NCBI GenBank assembly: GCA_964016885.1 | Contig: OZ024743.1 | Coordinates: forward strand, 114,762,001-114,826,000 | From: Eledone cirrhosa | Taxonomy: Eukaryota | Length of the DNA stretch: 64,000 bases | Direction: 5' to 3' | In this document: positions 13,356 through 27,264 of the stretch, piece after piece | Layout: every line of letters starts with the position of its first letter | Position numbering within the stretch: the stretch's first letter is position 1 | Notes under the pieces: generated by a model | What the model saw: the letters and a program-made list of their open reading frames with translations, nothing else | Databases searched by the model: none | Told to the model about the DNA's origin: nothing | Position numbers and translations under genes: made by a program

Positions 13356-15146
13356 AAGTATCACCCCGACGGCAGAGCTCAAGCCGTTTCGACGGCTATT
13401 TCTGGACTAAATTAGAATTTTTAGCCTGGTGAATAAATAGCCGAACTTGTCAAGGGGTACTTCTTTATATGGGAAGATTGTAGTTGTCAAGAGGATTGGT
13501 TAAAATTTGTTGTAAACACAAATAAATCTATCATGGCATTTGGTGGGGGGTACGGGTGGCTGAACTTTCCTGTAGAACAATAGGGGAGTGAGTGGAGCAG
13601 TCAAGTGTTGAAAGTGATATGTATACAGCAGGTTCTAAGGAAGTGGAGGAGGGAGGTTATAGAATAGGTAAATCGAATGAGAGTAGGAGACAATAAAAGA
13701 TAATAGAAATAAATAAAAAAATATATAAAATTAGATAGTGAGAAATGAATAGAAAAATCACAATGCTATCTTACAATTGCAGGTTAATAAGTTGAGAATA
13801 GAAAAAACTTGTAGAAATTGAGTAGTAACAAAACTGATACAACATTAAAGGGGTTTAACACATCTGCTATAAGTAGTTAGTAAAACGTATTCGGCCAAAT
13901 TCCATCTTAAAATTACAGGAGTGGGGGAACTGATGCTACAGAGGCCCTATGGGCTGCATTGGGGTAGGCGAAAGGGGAAAGCAGACGAGGAAGAAAATAG
14001 GGGGTGGAAGGAAGTGATAGGATGAGACAGGGGGAAGAAGAAGACAAAGAGGAAAAGAAAAGAGATACATCTACCTATGTAAACTGGGGTTTCCCTAACT
14101 TATTCGGCAAGTGGGGGGGGGGGGAGGTATCAGCCCTTTTCTACCCACCAGTGTCGTTATGGGGTTTGAGGGTGAGGTAAGTCCTACGCAATCTGTGTTT
14201 GCATGAGATTACCACAGATTGCGTTGGACTTACCTCGCCCTCAAACATCATAACGACCCAGGTGGGTAGACAAGGGCTGATACCCTCCCCCACTTGCCGA
14301 ATAAGTTAGGGGAATCCCCAGCTTACATAGGTAGATGTATCTCTTTTCTTTTCCTCTTTGTCTTCTTCTTCCCCCTGTCTCATCCTATCACTTCCTTCCA
14401 CCCCCTATTTTCTTCCTCGTCTGCTTCCCCTTTCGCCTACCCCGATGCAGCCCATAGGGCCTCTGTAGCATCAGTTCGCCCACCCCTGTAATTTTAAGAT
14501 GGAATTTGGCCGAATACGTTTTACTAACTAGTTATAGCAGATGTGTTAAACCCTTTTAATTTTGTATCAGTTTTGTTACTACTCAATTTCTACAAGTTTT
14601 TTCTATTCTCAACTTATTAACCTGTAATTGTAAGATAGCATTGTGAATTTCTTAATTCATTTCTCACTATCTAATTTTATATATATTTTTTATTTATTTC
14701 TATTATCTTTTATTGTCTCCTACTCTCATTCGATTTACCTATTCTATAACCTCCCTCCTCCACTTCATACTCTATCCTTAGAATCTGCTGTATACATATA
14801 ACTTTCAACGTTTGACCGCCCCACTCACTCCCCTATTGTTCTACAGGCAAGTTCAGCCACCCCTACCTCCCACCAAATGCCATGATAGACTTATTTGTGT
14901 TTACAAAAAATTGTAACCAATCCTCTTGACAACTACAATCTACCCATATAAGGAAGTACCCCTTGACAAGTTCGGCTATTTATTCACCAGGCTAAAAATT
15001 CTAATTTAATCCAGAAATAGCCGTCGAAACGGCTTGAGCTCTGCCGTCGGGGTGATATTTTTTCCTATTTCCCACTCTACTACCCTAAGTATTGAGTACT
15101 CTGGTGCGTTATGGTTCATCTGGTTACTTACCATAATTCCTTTGTT
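13352..15146. mobile_element. 1.7 kb palindrome / foldback PLE-terminus-like element, family B
   Basis: Near-identical inverted arms 13352-14197 and 14213-15064, a 15 nt loop, a one-sided ~80 nt tail, and (TA)n on both sides. Confidence 0.9.
14958..15053 (+). ncRNA. Hammerhead ribozyme with U3-A8 core variant (mirror copy 13363-13458, minus strand)
   Basis: acccc-TTGACAA-gttcggctattt...aaatagccgtc-GAAA-cggc(ttgagctct)gccg-TC-ggggt. All three stems pair. Confidence 0.7.
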
Positions 15147-15155
15147 ATATATATA

Positions 15156-15221
<66 letters not shown>

Positions 15222-15224
<3 letters not shown>

Positions 15225-15402
15225 GGGAAGGGGAAAGTTTATTAAATCATCCCCATAAATTCCTATTTCTTTATTTTATCAACTTCAAGAGGGTGAAAGT
15301 TAAAGTTCATCTTGGTGTGATTTTAACTTAGAGTGTAAAGTGCCAGAAGAACTATCACAATGGAGATTCTTCCAATTCTCTATCCATTCTGCCAATCCAC
15401 CA
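15222..15402 (-). mobile_element. SINE copy (degraded)
   Basis: ttattttatcaac...gtgaaagttaaagttcatcttgg...ttctgccaatccacc is the reverse complement of the shared SINE core. Confidence 0.5.
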
Positions 15403-16180
15403 GAACTTATATAAAGATATATATGAACAATAACATTGTGGGTTTTGATTTAATGGCATATTTAAGAATTTATTGTTGCAGCGTACTTTTTATTTATTAG
15501 TCGCTAAAACGAGGAGGAAATTCAGGTAAAAATGAATAAAATAATAAAATCCATATTAATTATATTTTAAATCATTTCAAAAAAATTTTAAAGAGCCCAA
15601 TAAAAGCAAATAGTCAAACAGGAAAATAGCGATAAAATCTTTAATAATTATTTTTAAAATTTCAAACTCAATGACGACTAACAATTATATGTATGAATAA
15701 TTTGTCAAGTTCGGTGCTATCATCAATAAATATTATATGTTAATGTTTAGCATTGCAGTCTGTTTCATTGTGACCTTTAAAGGATAATTTATAAAAGTCC
15801 ACATAGCGTCAGTTATCTTATGGGTTTGAAATGAAATTCATATTCGGAAGTTATTAAGATTTGTTATGGTTATAATGAAATTTAAGCGAAAGAAAAAAAA
15901 AATTAAAATCTGAATGATGAAGTATAAAATATCTGATGGCTTCCTGTGCTTTTGGTTTATAGTTTTAGTTTAACAATCTTGGAGCGGAAATATATTTCAG
16001 TAGTATAACATCCTGGGAATGAAGAATTGCGTCACATCGTACGAGGACTAGAAGAAGAGATACAGTATCGTTGACAGGAAAAGGGAGAAATGGGTGTGTC
16101 GGGTGGACTTGGGTTGTGATCTGATGACACTAGCTTGCAAGATGCGTTAAGGTTGTGGCAAAAACAAAACAAATCCAAAA

Positions 16181-16370
16181 TAATTGTTTCTACTTTTGGC
16201 GCAAGACCAGCAATTACCTCAGTGTATTACTGTTACTTTATTTTATCGACTCCGTAAGGATGAAAGGCAAAGTTAACTTCGGCGGGATTTGAACTCAGAT
16301 CATAAAGTACCGTAACTCTATGCTGCAAAGCATGGCGTCAGCCCCTCAACGATACTGCCGATCCACCGCT
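16181..16370 (-). mobile_element. SINE copy
   Basis: ttttatcgactccgtaaggatgaaaggcaaagttaacttcggcgggatttgaactcag. Confidence 0.75.
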
Positions 16371-17049
16371 ATCAAATAAAAAATAATGTCCAGAAAAAAC
16401 GCATTTGTGGAATAAAGGTTAATGTGTATTTCCTTTAAATGAGCTCTAGGTTGAGTGACGTCCGTCATAGATACAAGACCAGTATTCCATCATGGTTCTC
16501 AATTGAGATTTAGGTAGAATCGGTAATTTTTAGATGTAGGTGCATGTTCTTGTTCCGAAGAGAATGACAGAACCAGAGTAGTCATTTTGGGAGTTATGAA
16601 CACGAAATGATCAGAGGAGTTCATCAGTGTATATATGTGTTTCTATAAGAGTATATATATATATACTAAGAGTGAGAAATGAAATTTCGTTTCATTTTTT
16701 CCGTTTATCGTTTTCGGAGCGCCCGGCCGATTAACTCACTCGATATGCAAATTAGGCTGCTCAGCCGTTAATATACATAAGGAAAGTATATACTTTCAGA
16801 CGTTCAATCATCTGGCAGGAAGGTATACGGTGCTGACGATAGCTAATAAGCTTCAAACTAGTACTTCGTTCCTTTGTCAGTGTTGAACAAAAGGGCAACG
16901 ATGGTTGCTAAACACTGTACGGCTTAATTCGAGATGTTTGTTTACAAACACAACGAGCACTATAATAAATGTTCGATAAATCCATACGTAAATTATATGT
17001 ATATATATATATACATACTACTGTACGTCTGTATACATATATGTATGTA

Positions 17050-17146
<97 letters not shown>

Positions 17147-17219
17147 GATTGCTCCATCTTCACTGACGGTTAACCTTTCAGGCCGCCTGCAGATCTGCAT
17201 GGTTTTAATGCAAAGGCGA

Positions 17220-17303
<84 letters not shown>

Positions 17304-17769
17304 ATATTTTGAAAAGGACATGCGATAAAACTCAGCCGCACTTATTGAGGTTCACGTCAGTTTATTATTAGTTGAGTAAGTAATCTATTCATTGGTTAGT
17401 TTAGTAACCGGGTGTTTGTTTAATTGTTAACTGTTACAACCTGTGACCTTCCCGATGAACATTCTAGCTTGCCTGTCGCTCTTTTGTTCTAATCTTATTT
17501 ATTTATTCCAAGAACAATAATGTGTTAAAATATGTACCCTGGTGCGCTAATGTGTATGTATTTCCACATGTGTTTGTTACTGATTATACACTTACTTACA
17601 CATCATTTCACCTTACATGTGTGGTGTACCGGGTAGGCATATTTGTACATGTATGCATCTATGAACGGAAGATTCTTTTATTCACGTTTTTATATTCTTA
17701 TTGGTTCATGTATGTTTAACTTGTATACTCCCATGCATGTTTGCGCGCACACACATAGAGACATGTATA

Positions 17770-18497
17770 TATATATAGTTTAGAACATTTATTTGCTGAC
17801 AATTGTTTCTTCCAGAGAGAAGTAAGGAATGTCGAAACATGTTACTAAAATCCTAGTTATTTAGAACATTTAGGGTACATAATTGTTGTTAGTGTCATAG
17901 GCATCATGTGGAGAGTCAGGAGTTAAAAAGATGTCCTGCTTGAAAGAACACAATTACAGGCAGCACTGGTTGAAAGTGTAATAGGTATAAGTAAAAAGCA
18001 CAAGCAAAAAAAAAAATCACAATAAAAAAAAAACACAGGCAAAACAGTTATAAGCAAGGAAAATTGGTGTACAATGCAGGAGTCAATACTGTCAATAAGG
18101 CATGTATGAGGAACGAGTTATAATGCAGATGAAATAAACATATTTTGTGTGGGATGTTAAAGCATGTAATAATTGTTATAAATGTTTAAGATAGTGTGCA
18201 ATTTGTTAGAAAGGCATGTGGTGATAATGTAAGTATTTGTTATATAAGGTGTAATGCAAAGCATAATTAAGGTTGCTGATAAATTAAGGGTTGTTTTAAT
18301 ATTGTGGTAGTGTTATAAATTAATCTTTATAGAGGATATAAAATATTATTGGTTATATAATTGTTATCTTTTAAACTTGTGTGGAGGGAGTTAGAAACAT
18401 TTTTTTATGTAGTTTATTATAAGTAGATAGTTTTTACATAGTTAGTATATATATATATATATATATATAATATAAGGTATATACATATGTGTGAGAA

Positions 18498-18573
<76 letters not shown>

Positions 18574-20100
18574 CACATATATATGTATATATATATACAT
18601 ACAGATTGTGTAGAGATAGTTGAAGTTTTTTATGACAGGATAGTGAGTTGCATAATATATACTGGAGTAATTGGTGTTATATACACAGTTGTCTGCTATT
18701 TGGTTGGTGTTGTATATTGAGATTATATTAGAGTGTCTATATTATTTAAATATTTTAATTGTATAAAGTAAGAGATCACACAGGGGTTTATTGGCTGTAT
18801 GAAGGTTAGTGTGGTCTTTTAATTTTAGGTGTAGTCCTATATTCATGACGGTCTAATTGGATAAATTAAAAGGTGGTGGTCTAGTGTTATCTCCGACATT
18901 GGTCTTTATTTTTATTATTATTATTATTATTAGTTACTAGGTTTGAAGTAGTAGAACGAGAATCTATGGTAATGTGGACACGTGTAGAAGATCTCTGATT
19001 TCCTATTTAGTAGGCTAAGGTTAGAGTGAATAATATTTCTAGACTCGAGGATGCAAAGGTTACAAAATTTGTTAGGTGGTCTATATGAAGGGGCACATTT
19101 TAAGGTGTATGGTATATTACTTGATTTTAATGAGTGTATGTATGTGGATAGTGAGGTTACGTGGCTAAGTTTAGGGTGTCTGAACGAATTAAGGTGTGAA
19201 TTATATCTGGTCTTAAAGCTATTCGATGCTGAGCTTATATATACTTTCGAGATGTGATTAGCGGTTACAGTACCGGAGTAGACATTGTCTTTAATTAGGC
19301 AGTTCTTATTTAATGGGCATGTCTTGTTAGGCCTACAATTACAATTGTTTTGGTAACTAGTATACTGGTTAAGGGGGTATGCCTGTGAGTGGTTGTTTCT
19401 GTTTCTACTTCTAGTATTATGATTATGGTGAGTATTATTATTATTGGTATTATTAGTGTGACTTGCTGTATGGTCTTGTTCAGGTTATTTCTATGCAGGA
19501 CATTATTACTTTGGTGTAATTTGAAGTACTTTTTAATCTATCTCTTGTTGCTGGTGGCTAAATGGTCTGCTATGTTAGTGTGGTGGAGTAGGAGATTTTA
19601 ATTGTGTTTTTGTTAAATAGGTTGTGGTATTTATGATTAGTTGGAAAGTTTTTGTCTAGAGTAGAGAAGAAAGCTTTAGGTATGTTTGTTGATATATTTA
19701 AGTTGAACGGAGAATTAAAAAAAATGTGTTACTTCTTCTATTCTTCTTTTGGTTGTTATTCATACTACTGTTTAGTGTGGTGTTAGGTTCTTTCTTATCT
19801 ATATTTTTCTTTCTGTGGTTTTTCTTAGGATTATTGCTGTGGTGAAATTTAACTTTTTTATGGTGCCCTCTGCATAGGAGACGCGATTTTCAATACTATG
19901 ATCATATTTACTTTTATTCATGGCCATGTTATATTAGGTTGTCTGTGGGTGGTTGACGATTTAGGTTTAAATTAAATTTTATCTCTATAGCCGGAACGGG
20001 CTAAGGCTTTATCATAGTATTGTGAGTTACGATTAAATGTATTCGCATTGGAAGAAAGGCTAAAGATTCTATTAGATACCCCTTTAAACGCGCTAGTACT
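17770..20100 (-). mobile_element. Degraded Naiad-like Penelope element (thumb, endonuclease and 3' region)
   Basis: Minus-strand translation VSNRIFSLSSNANTFNRNSQYYDKALARSGYRDKI (~19975-20085) and NCNCRPNKTCPLNKNCL (~19295-19350) match the ORF at 22804-24294. Many stops. The 3' boundary is uncertain. Confidence 0.75.
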
Positions 20101-20153
20101 TAGTATTACCCTACATATTTATAGTTATATCAAACATATATAAATATTCTTAT

Positions 20154-20201
<48 letters not shown>

Positions 20202-20219
20202 ATATATATTTATATATAG

Positions 20220-20419
20220 TGGTAGAGCACTGGAAGGTAATATCCGTGGTGGTAGAGCACTCAGTCCATAGGACGAGTTAGGTAGAAGTGGTTACACAAC
20301 AGTTAGTTCATACCGAGAACAATTATCTCACCTTAGAGGATCCTCAGCTCGTAATGGTTTACGAGCTGAGGATCCGATAAGGTGAAACAATTGTTCTCGG
20401 TATAGTGAACTAACTGTTG
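20220..20419. mobile_element. Short foldback element cut by the assembly gap
   Basis: Inverted arms ~20297-20354 and 20359-20419 around a tggt loop. Confidence 0.65.
20362..20399 (+). ncRNA. Minimal type-I hammerhead ribozyme
   Basis: cgag-CTGAGGA-tcc(gataa)ggt-GAAA-caattg-TT-ctcg. Stem III is palindromic. Confidence 0.7.
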
Positions 20420-20619
20420 NNNNNNNNNNNNNNNNNNNNNNNNNNNNNNNNNNNNNNNNNNNNNNNNNNNNNNNNNNNNNNNNNNNNNNNNNNNNNNNNN
20501 NNNNNNNNNNNNNNNNNNNNNNNNNNNNNNNNNNNNNNNNNNNNNNNNNNNNNNNNNNNNNNNNNNNNNNNNNNNNNNNNNNNNNNNNNNNNNNNNNNNN
20601 NNNNNNNNNNNNNNNNNNN
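20420..20619. other. Assembly gap (200 N)
   Basis: Run of n. Confidence 1.
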
Positions 20620-20628
20620 GTGTAATCA

Positions 20629-20730
<102 letters not shown>

Positions 20731-21071
20731 TTAAAACAATGAAATAAAAAACATCTGGTGATATGCATGTAAGTAAATATTCTCTCTATCTGATAGTTTG
20801 TAAACTTACATAGATTAATAACTGAGTATATATACAATGTATTATTTCCATCTAGAAACGATCGTAAAGCAGTGAAGCATATCTCTAATGACTTGATTTT
20901 TTTTTCATTACTTTTAACTTATATCATGACTCTGTTTTCCTTTTAATGTTTTATTGTTTTCTGAGATTTATCTTAACCTACAACATTTTCAACATATGGA
21001 TTACATTGAATTCTTTATACAGAATAGACCCCACAACTTACAGTGGATACCTCTGTGTATATATATATATA

Positions 21072-21612
21072 TATTAGTAAAAAGGAAAAGAAAATGGTGA
21101 CAAATTTCTCCCAGTGAAAAATAGTTTAATTAGGAATAAGTATAAATTATTAATAAGTATTAGTTAGTATTCAGTTTTAGTTTTAATTTTTTACCGGTTG
21201 CGAATTTCTTATGCTTTTCAAAAATAATTTTGAGATAGAGTGCTCGTGATTTTTGCTCCAATCTGATCAGCTTTGGAAATTCTTCCTCTCTATGTGAAAA
21301 AAGTGGCTTAGAACCAACCACATTTTAATACCTTCCACGCCACCTTTTTCACATAAAACAGGAAGAATTCCAAAAACTGATCAGATTAGAGCAAAAATCA
21401 CGAGCACTCTATCTCAAAATTATTTTTGAAAAGCATAAGAAATGCGTAACCGGTAAAAACTTAAAACCAAAACTGGATACTAACTAATAATTATTACTAA
21501 TATATACTTATTCCTAATTAAACTATTTTTCACTGGGAAAAATTTGTCAGCATTTTCTTTTCCTTTTTAATAATATATCACAATTTTTACTAATATATCA
21601 CAGTTTTTAAAA

Positions 21613-21615
<3 letters not shown>
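21072..21615. mobile_element. Foldback PLE-terminus-like element, family D
   Basis: Inverted arms ~21072-21307 and ~21339-21575, a short one-sided tail, and (TA)n flanks. Confidence 0.8.
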
Positions 21616-21648
<33 letters not shown>

Positions 21649-21681
21649 ATATGTGTGTATCTCTCTATATATAAATAAAAG

Positions 21682-21758
<77 letters not shown>

Positions 21759-22131
21759 GTAAGTGTAGTGGTGTTTATATGAACATATTTCTATGCATTG
21801 TTTTCACTTATATTTTCTTTTGTAACTATAATGTTAGTGTATGTGTGCAGGAGTTATTTTTTAAGATTATGTACATTGACAAGTGCATATATGTGGTCTA
21901 TACATGTATGTGCCTGTGTGTATGTAAAATAATACGGGTATATGCCTGTGTATGTATGTATATACATATAATTATGCGCACAACTTTTTTATGTGTAGGT
22001 ATATGTGTGCTGGTACGTCATTATTACATATTGACATATTGATATTGTTAATTCTTTATATTCCTATACTCCATAATCGATACTTTGTAGACTATACTTT
22101 TTTTTAACAATGAATGTATAATATATGATGT

Positions 22132-22181
<50 letters not shown>

Positions 22182-22184
22182 CAT

Positions 22185-22370
22185 TTTAGAAAATATATAT
22201 TTTTAAATGAAGAAAAAACGACATGTCCTACACTAGTGGAAATATAGGGAAAAGAAATCGAAAATGCAACTGGAGTTTTATTTTAAAATATTTATTTGTT
22301 TCCTTTACCGCTTTCACAGTTCTTATGCTTTTCAAGAGTAGAATTGAAATGGAGGGTTTGTGGTTTTTCT

Positions 22371-22373
<3 letters not shown>
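22185..22373 (-). mobile_element. Single-arm copy of family C terminus
   Basis: Similar to 28184-28550 including the tail. Carries TTGAAAA-gca..tgt-GAAA-gcgg-TA-aagg at 22302-22338 (-). Confidence 0.65.
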
Positions 22374-22433
<60 letters not shown>

Positions 22434-22575
22434 GTATATATATACACACATATATATATATACATATATATACATATATATACATATATATACATATATA
22501 TACATATATACATATATACATATATATACATATATATAATATAAGATCAAAAGATGGTTAAAGGAGTTCCATGTA

Positions 22576-22642
22576 TTTTATTATGCGCATTTCAAAAACA
22601 AACATCATCATGCAATAATATTTGTGTTTTCATCAGATAAAA
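22576..22642 (-). ncRNA. Hammerhead ribozyme in inverted pLTR
   Basis: Reverse complement of 25281-25347. Confidence 0.75.
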
Positions 22643-22803
22643 CAGGAGAACATGATATGAAGGCTAAAAAACACTTGTGGATAGCGCAGTTTTAAATCAA
22701 CATATGAAAAGTGGTTTTAGATTGATGTGAGATATTGGGAAAAATATTTTATTTAGAGAGGGGGGTGGAAAGGATGAAAAAGGGGAGGAGATGAGAGGGA
22801 GAG

Positions 22804-24294
22804 ATGGGTGATAGAGAGAAAGAAAGAGATAGTTTTTATACCTCTAACAACTTCGATATCACAATGGGAGCATCCGATTCATCCCAATTGACTGATTTAA
22901 TTGGTATCTTCATTTTGAACTCTTTGAGTCGGAAAATTCCTCAACTTCGCGGTGGAATTTATCGTGACGATGGACTCTTTACTATCCTAAATTGCAATAT
23001 AGTTAACCTTAATATTATTAAGAACAATATACGTAATCTCTTTAACCAACATAACCTAAAAATTGAATTTGATAATAGTATCAAACTAGCTAATTTCTTG
23101 GATGTATCTCTTAATCTTGACACTGGCCTATATTACCCTTACCATAAAAACAATGAGAACCTAAATTATGTTAACTTTAAATCTAACCATCCTACCAATA
23201 TCAAGAATGCTATAGTTAGTAATATTGGAAAAAGAATATCTAACATATCCTCTAATAAAAACATCTTTGATGCTAACGCCAATTACTATAATAACGCACT
23301 TTCTAAAGCCGGCTATCCAGATAAAATCAAATATAGTAAAGAAACAAATTCTAGAAAAACTTACAGTAGAATAATTAATCCTGATCATTCCAATAATTTT
23401 AATAAAAGACCTAGATACAAAAATATAATCTGGTATAATGCTCCTTTCTCCATCTCTATTAATAACAATATTCCTAAATTATTTTTTAGTGCCTTAAATA
23501 AATGCTTCCCCCCCTCACATATCTATAGTAAAATATTTAACAAACACACCATCAAATTTTCTTATTCTACATCCTCCAATATTTCCAACATCATCTCTAA
23601 ACACAACAATAAAATACTAAATACTAAATCTCTTCCTTCCAACATTGAATTTCATAATAACAGTAATAGTACTCCCGACGTCATTGTAAACCCTAGGCTA
23701 ACTTCTGTAAACACAAATACAACGTCAAACACAACTTCGCTAAATGTTCATAATCCAACTCTAAATCAAGAAACTATTATTCCTATTATTCCTATCGCAA
23801 ACAACTTCTCCAATCCAATTCCTTCTATAGATAACACTAGGTCACTCATTAATAATCTCTCTAATTGCAACTGCCGCATTAAAAATAAATGTCCTCTCAA
23901 CAACCATTGTCTCGATAAAAACTTAATTTATGAATGTAAAATTATAACTAGCACCAATTCCTTCACCTATTTTGGCTCCACTTCCACCTCTTTTAAAGCT
24001 CGTCTCTATAATCATCATTCATCTTTCAAATACAAACTTAAAAGAACCAACACTGCTCTCTCAGAATTCATATGGTCCTTAAAAGACAAAAACATTAAAT
24101 ATACCATCTTTTGGAAGAAGGTTTCTTCTGCATCCTCATACTTGAACAGCTCTCTATCTAAAATCTGTAATCTCTGCCTAAATGAAAAAATTACCATTAT
24201 CTCTAACCTAGATTCTATAATAAATAGACGTACAGATTTATTTTCTATCTGCCTGCATAAATTCCATAGGACTTTTCACAAAGTATACAGTTAA
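22804..24294 (+). CDS. PLE reverse transcriptase C-terminal half plus GIY-YIG endonuclease (Naiad-like, N-terminally truncated)
   Basis: Motifs FDITMG, IYRDDG, NFLDVSLNL, SNHP, CNCRIKNKCP (CxCx5C), NLIYECKI..TYFGST..FKARLYNH and CNLCLNEK. The first ~12 codons come from the inverted pLTR. Confidence 0.85.
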   Translation: MGDREKERDSFYTSNNFDITMGASDSSQLTDLIGIFILNSLSRKIPQLRGGIYRDDGLFTILNCNIVNLNIIKNNIRNLFNQHNLKIEFDNSIKLANFLDVSLNLDTGLYYPYHKNNENLNYVNFKSNHPTNIKNAIVSNIGKRISNISSNKNIFDANANYYNNALSKAGYPDKIKYSKETNSRKTYSRIINPDHSNNFNKRPRYKNIIWYNAPFSISINNNIPKLFFSALNKCFPPSHIYSKIFNKHTIKFSYSTSSNISNIISKHNNKILNTKSLPSNIEFHNNSNSTPDVIVNPRLTSVNTNTTSNTTSLNVHNPTLNQETIIPIIPIANNFSNPIPSIDNTRSLINNLSNCNCRIKNKCPLNNHCLDKNLIYECKIITSTNSFTYFGSTSTSFKARLYNHHSSFKYKLKRTNTALSEFIWSLKDKNIKYTIFWKKVSSASSYLNSSLSKICNLCLNEKITIISNLDSIINRRTDLFSICLHKFHRTFHKVYS

Positions 24295-25280
24295 TATTCA
24301 ATTCTTTATCAATTTAGAATCTTTTCTCAAAGGCACATATACATACACCTCTTTAAAATATACCCATCTTCCCACCTTACTTTAAAGGGCATTATACACT
24401 CTATAATACTTGTTTACTCATTACCCTCATTCTATCTTCACCTTGTAAAATCCTTCATAACATATACATTTATTTTTTTGACGTTAGAATATTCATCCGC
24501 AATCATTATTATTTTTTCTCTCTATCATAAATCTTTTTAATCTCAATTTCATCCTTAATTTATTATTTTTTTTCTCCCCATCAACGAACTCATTCTTAAT
24601 ACATATTAACTCTTTATTCGCATATATTATCAATTCCTTCAATATACAAACTTTAACTTCACATTATTTTTCTCAAATCCTTCTACACACAAACCTTAAT
24701 AATTTTTCTCTTCGTTAATTTTGAAATTGCCACAATACTTATCAACACACACTTTTTTGACGTTAGAATATTCATCCACAATTATTATTTTTTCTCTCTA
24801 TCTTCATACATAAATTCCCTTCGTTAATTTTCAAATTCCTTTAATTTATGTAAAACAATATATCTTTTTCTCAGTTATAAAAACTATCTCTTTCTCTCTA
24901 TCACCCATCTCTCCCTCTCCACCTTCACTCTCATCTCCTCCCCCTTTTTTCATCCTTTCCTCCATAAATAAAATATTCTTTCCTCGCACATATCCTCCCT
25001 TCGTTAATTTCAAATTTTTAATTCATACATTATCTTCCAACGGTTTTCAACCTCTCTATGTAAAACAATATATCTCCTCTCAGTTATAAAAACTATCTCT
25101 TTCTTTCTCTCTATCACCCATCTCTCCCTCTCATCTCCTCCCCTTTTTCATCCTTTCCACCCCCCCTCTCTAAATAAAATATTTTTCCCAATATCACACA
25201 TCAATCTAAAACCACTTTTCATATGTTGATTTAAAACTGCACTATCCACAAGTGTTTTTTAGCCTTCATATCATGTTCTG

Positions 25281-25347
25281 TTTTATCTGATGAAAACACA
25301 AATATTATTGCATGATGATGTTTGTTTTTGAAATGCGCATAATAAAA
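25281..25347 (+). ncRNA. Type-I hammerhead ribozyme in Naiad 3' pLTR
   Basis: ttttat-CTGATGA-aaacacaaat...gtttgttttt-GAAA-tgcgca-TA-ataaaa. Stem III is the palindrome ATGCGCAT. Confidence 0.8.
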
Positions 25348-25515
25348 TACATGGAACTCCTTTAACCATCTTTTGATCTTATATTATGTATACTCCAGTC
25401 CTACAAACTGTAGAGTGCTTCTTATCCGATATCTGCATTGCTTTATTGTACTACAATAAAACTCACCTCCTACATATACATATATATATATACATATATA
25501 TATATATACATATAT

Positions 25516-25564
<49 letters not shown>

Positions 25565-25705
25565 TATATACATATATATATATACATATATATATATATA
25601 CATATATATATATACATATATATATATAAACGTTAGAATATGTGTAATAAGGCCAAACGTTTATACCTCATTACACAATGCTTCAAGTGAACTATAACCT
25701 CCTCC

Positions 25706-25744
<39 letters not shown>

Positions 25745-26112
25745 CATATATAAATATATATACATATATATATATATACATAGAAAGAATTATATAAACA
25801 AGTTCAGAAAGGGGTGCCACTCCTTATTTTTAAGTTTCTCTTAATCTAACAATGCCTATATTTCAGGTGTCTATAATATGGTTGGGGGTCGGTCATGGTT
25901 GATGAATTTAAAGAAAAGGGAAATTCTTTAAAAGCTAATTCTTTAAAGCTCTACTTAGAGTGACAAAGGCCAAGAGAATTCTATAAACCAGTTCAAAACA
26001 TTGGTTGCCTATCATATCATTATTGTCATATTTCTCTTAAGCTATATTTATTTATATATGTATATATTTATATGTATGTATATATATATGTATGTGTATA
26101 TATGTATATATA

Positions 26113-27007
26113 CAGGGTGTGGACGATATTTGTTCACAATTTTCAACTGCTAATTTTATGCAAATTTTTTTTATTTCCGTTGTCACTCTTGTCTTCATAA
26201 AAACAGTGACTATATTTCCATTGTTTATCTCCAGAATAATTGATTATGAATCATTTTGAACCTCCAAATTTGTGAAAGAGACACGGAGTTCTTCTTGGAA
26301 TCCGTGCCGTGAGGACAAATAAGGCCAGAAGATCAACTCCCAGAACAACAGGTGGCTCGCTGTCTCATCCAAAGACGTGCCCAGAGTCATGCAGACAAAG
26401 TTTCCAGCAACAACATTGGTCTTGGGTGTCGTCAGCAGTCAAGGTGACGTCATGCCACATCACTTCTTCCATGAAGGCCTCAAGCTGAACACCAATAGCT
26501 ACATCCGCGTTCTGAGCGAGTTGGTAAACCCCTGAATCGACTAGGTAGCTGCAGGTAGGCCGTACGTGAGGCAGCAAGACCAAGCGCTCTGCCATTCTAG
26601 CCGAAAGACCCAACCCTGGCTGTCAGAGAACTTCGTCGACCACACTTCACCTGATATCTGGCCTCCCAGCTTACCTGATTGCAACCCCCTCGACTTCTTT
26701 GTGTGGGGCGCAGTGGAACGAGACACCAACAGATCTAGCTGCAATACGAAAGACGATCTGAAGGCCGGGATCAGAAGTGCCTTTAGGGGCCTAAGTCGGA
26801 GGACAGTGACGAAGGCCTGTAGCCGGTTCCAAAAGCCGCCTTGAGGCCGTCATCAAAGCCAATAGCGGGTTTATCAAGTGTGATCGAAAGAACAAGTCAT
26901 GAAGACAAACTGACCCACGTTTTTTATAAATATATTTTAAAATATAAAACAACTGTGTTACTTTTTCCTAGACAGTAATCTTGCCAACATATATCGTCCG
27001 CAGGCTT
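26113..27007 (+). mobile_element. Tc1/mariner DD37D (maT-type) transposon, internally deleted
   Basis: TA-CAGGGTGTGGACGATAT left TIR and a degenerate right TIR aacatatatcgtccgcaggctt-TA. Transposase QQD-37 aa-D with WPPSLPDCNPLDFFVWG. Internal stops and a frameshift. Confidence 0.85.
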
Positions 27008-27120
<113 letters not shown>

Positions 27121-27161
27121 AAATATATGTATATGTACGTGTGTATATATATATATATTAA

Positions 27162-27264
<103 letters not shown>

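Larger units (their letters stand above)
22538..25472 (+). mobile_element. Naiad-like Penelope element, 5'-truncated, with inverted pLTR
   Basis: Inverted repeats ~22538-22840 and ~25085-25386 flank the ORF. A one-sided ~85 nt tail runs to 25472. Inserted in (TA)n. Confidence 0.9.
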
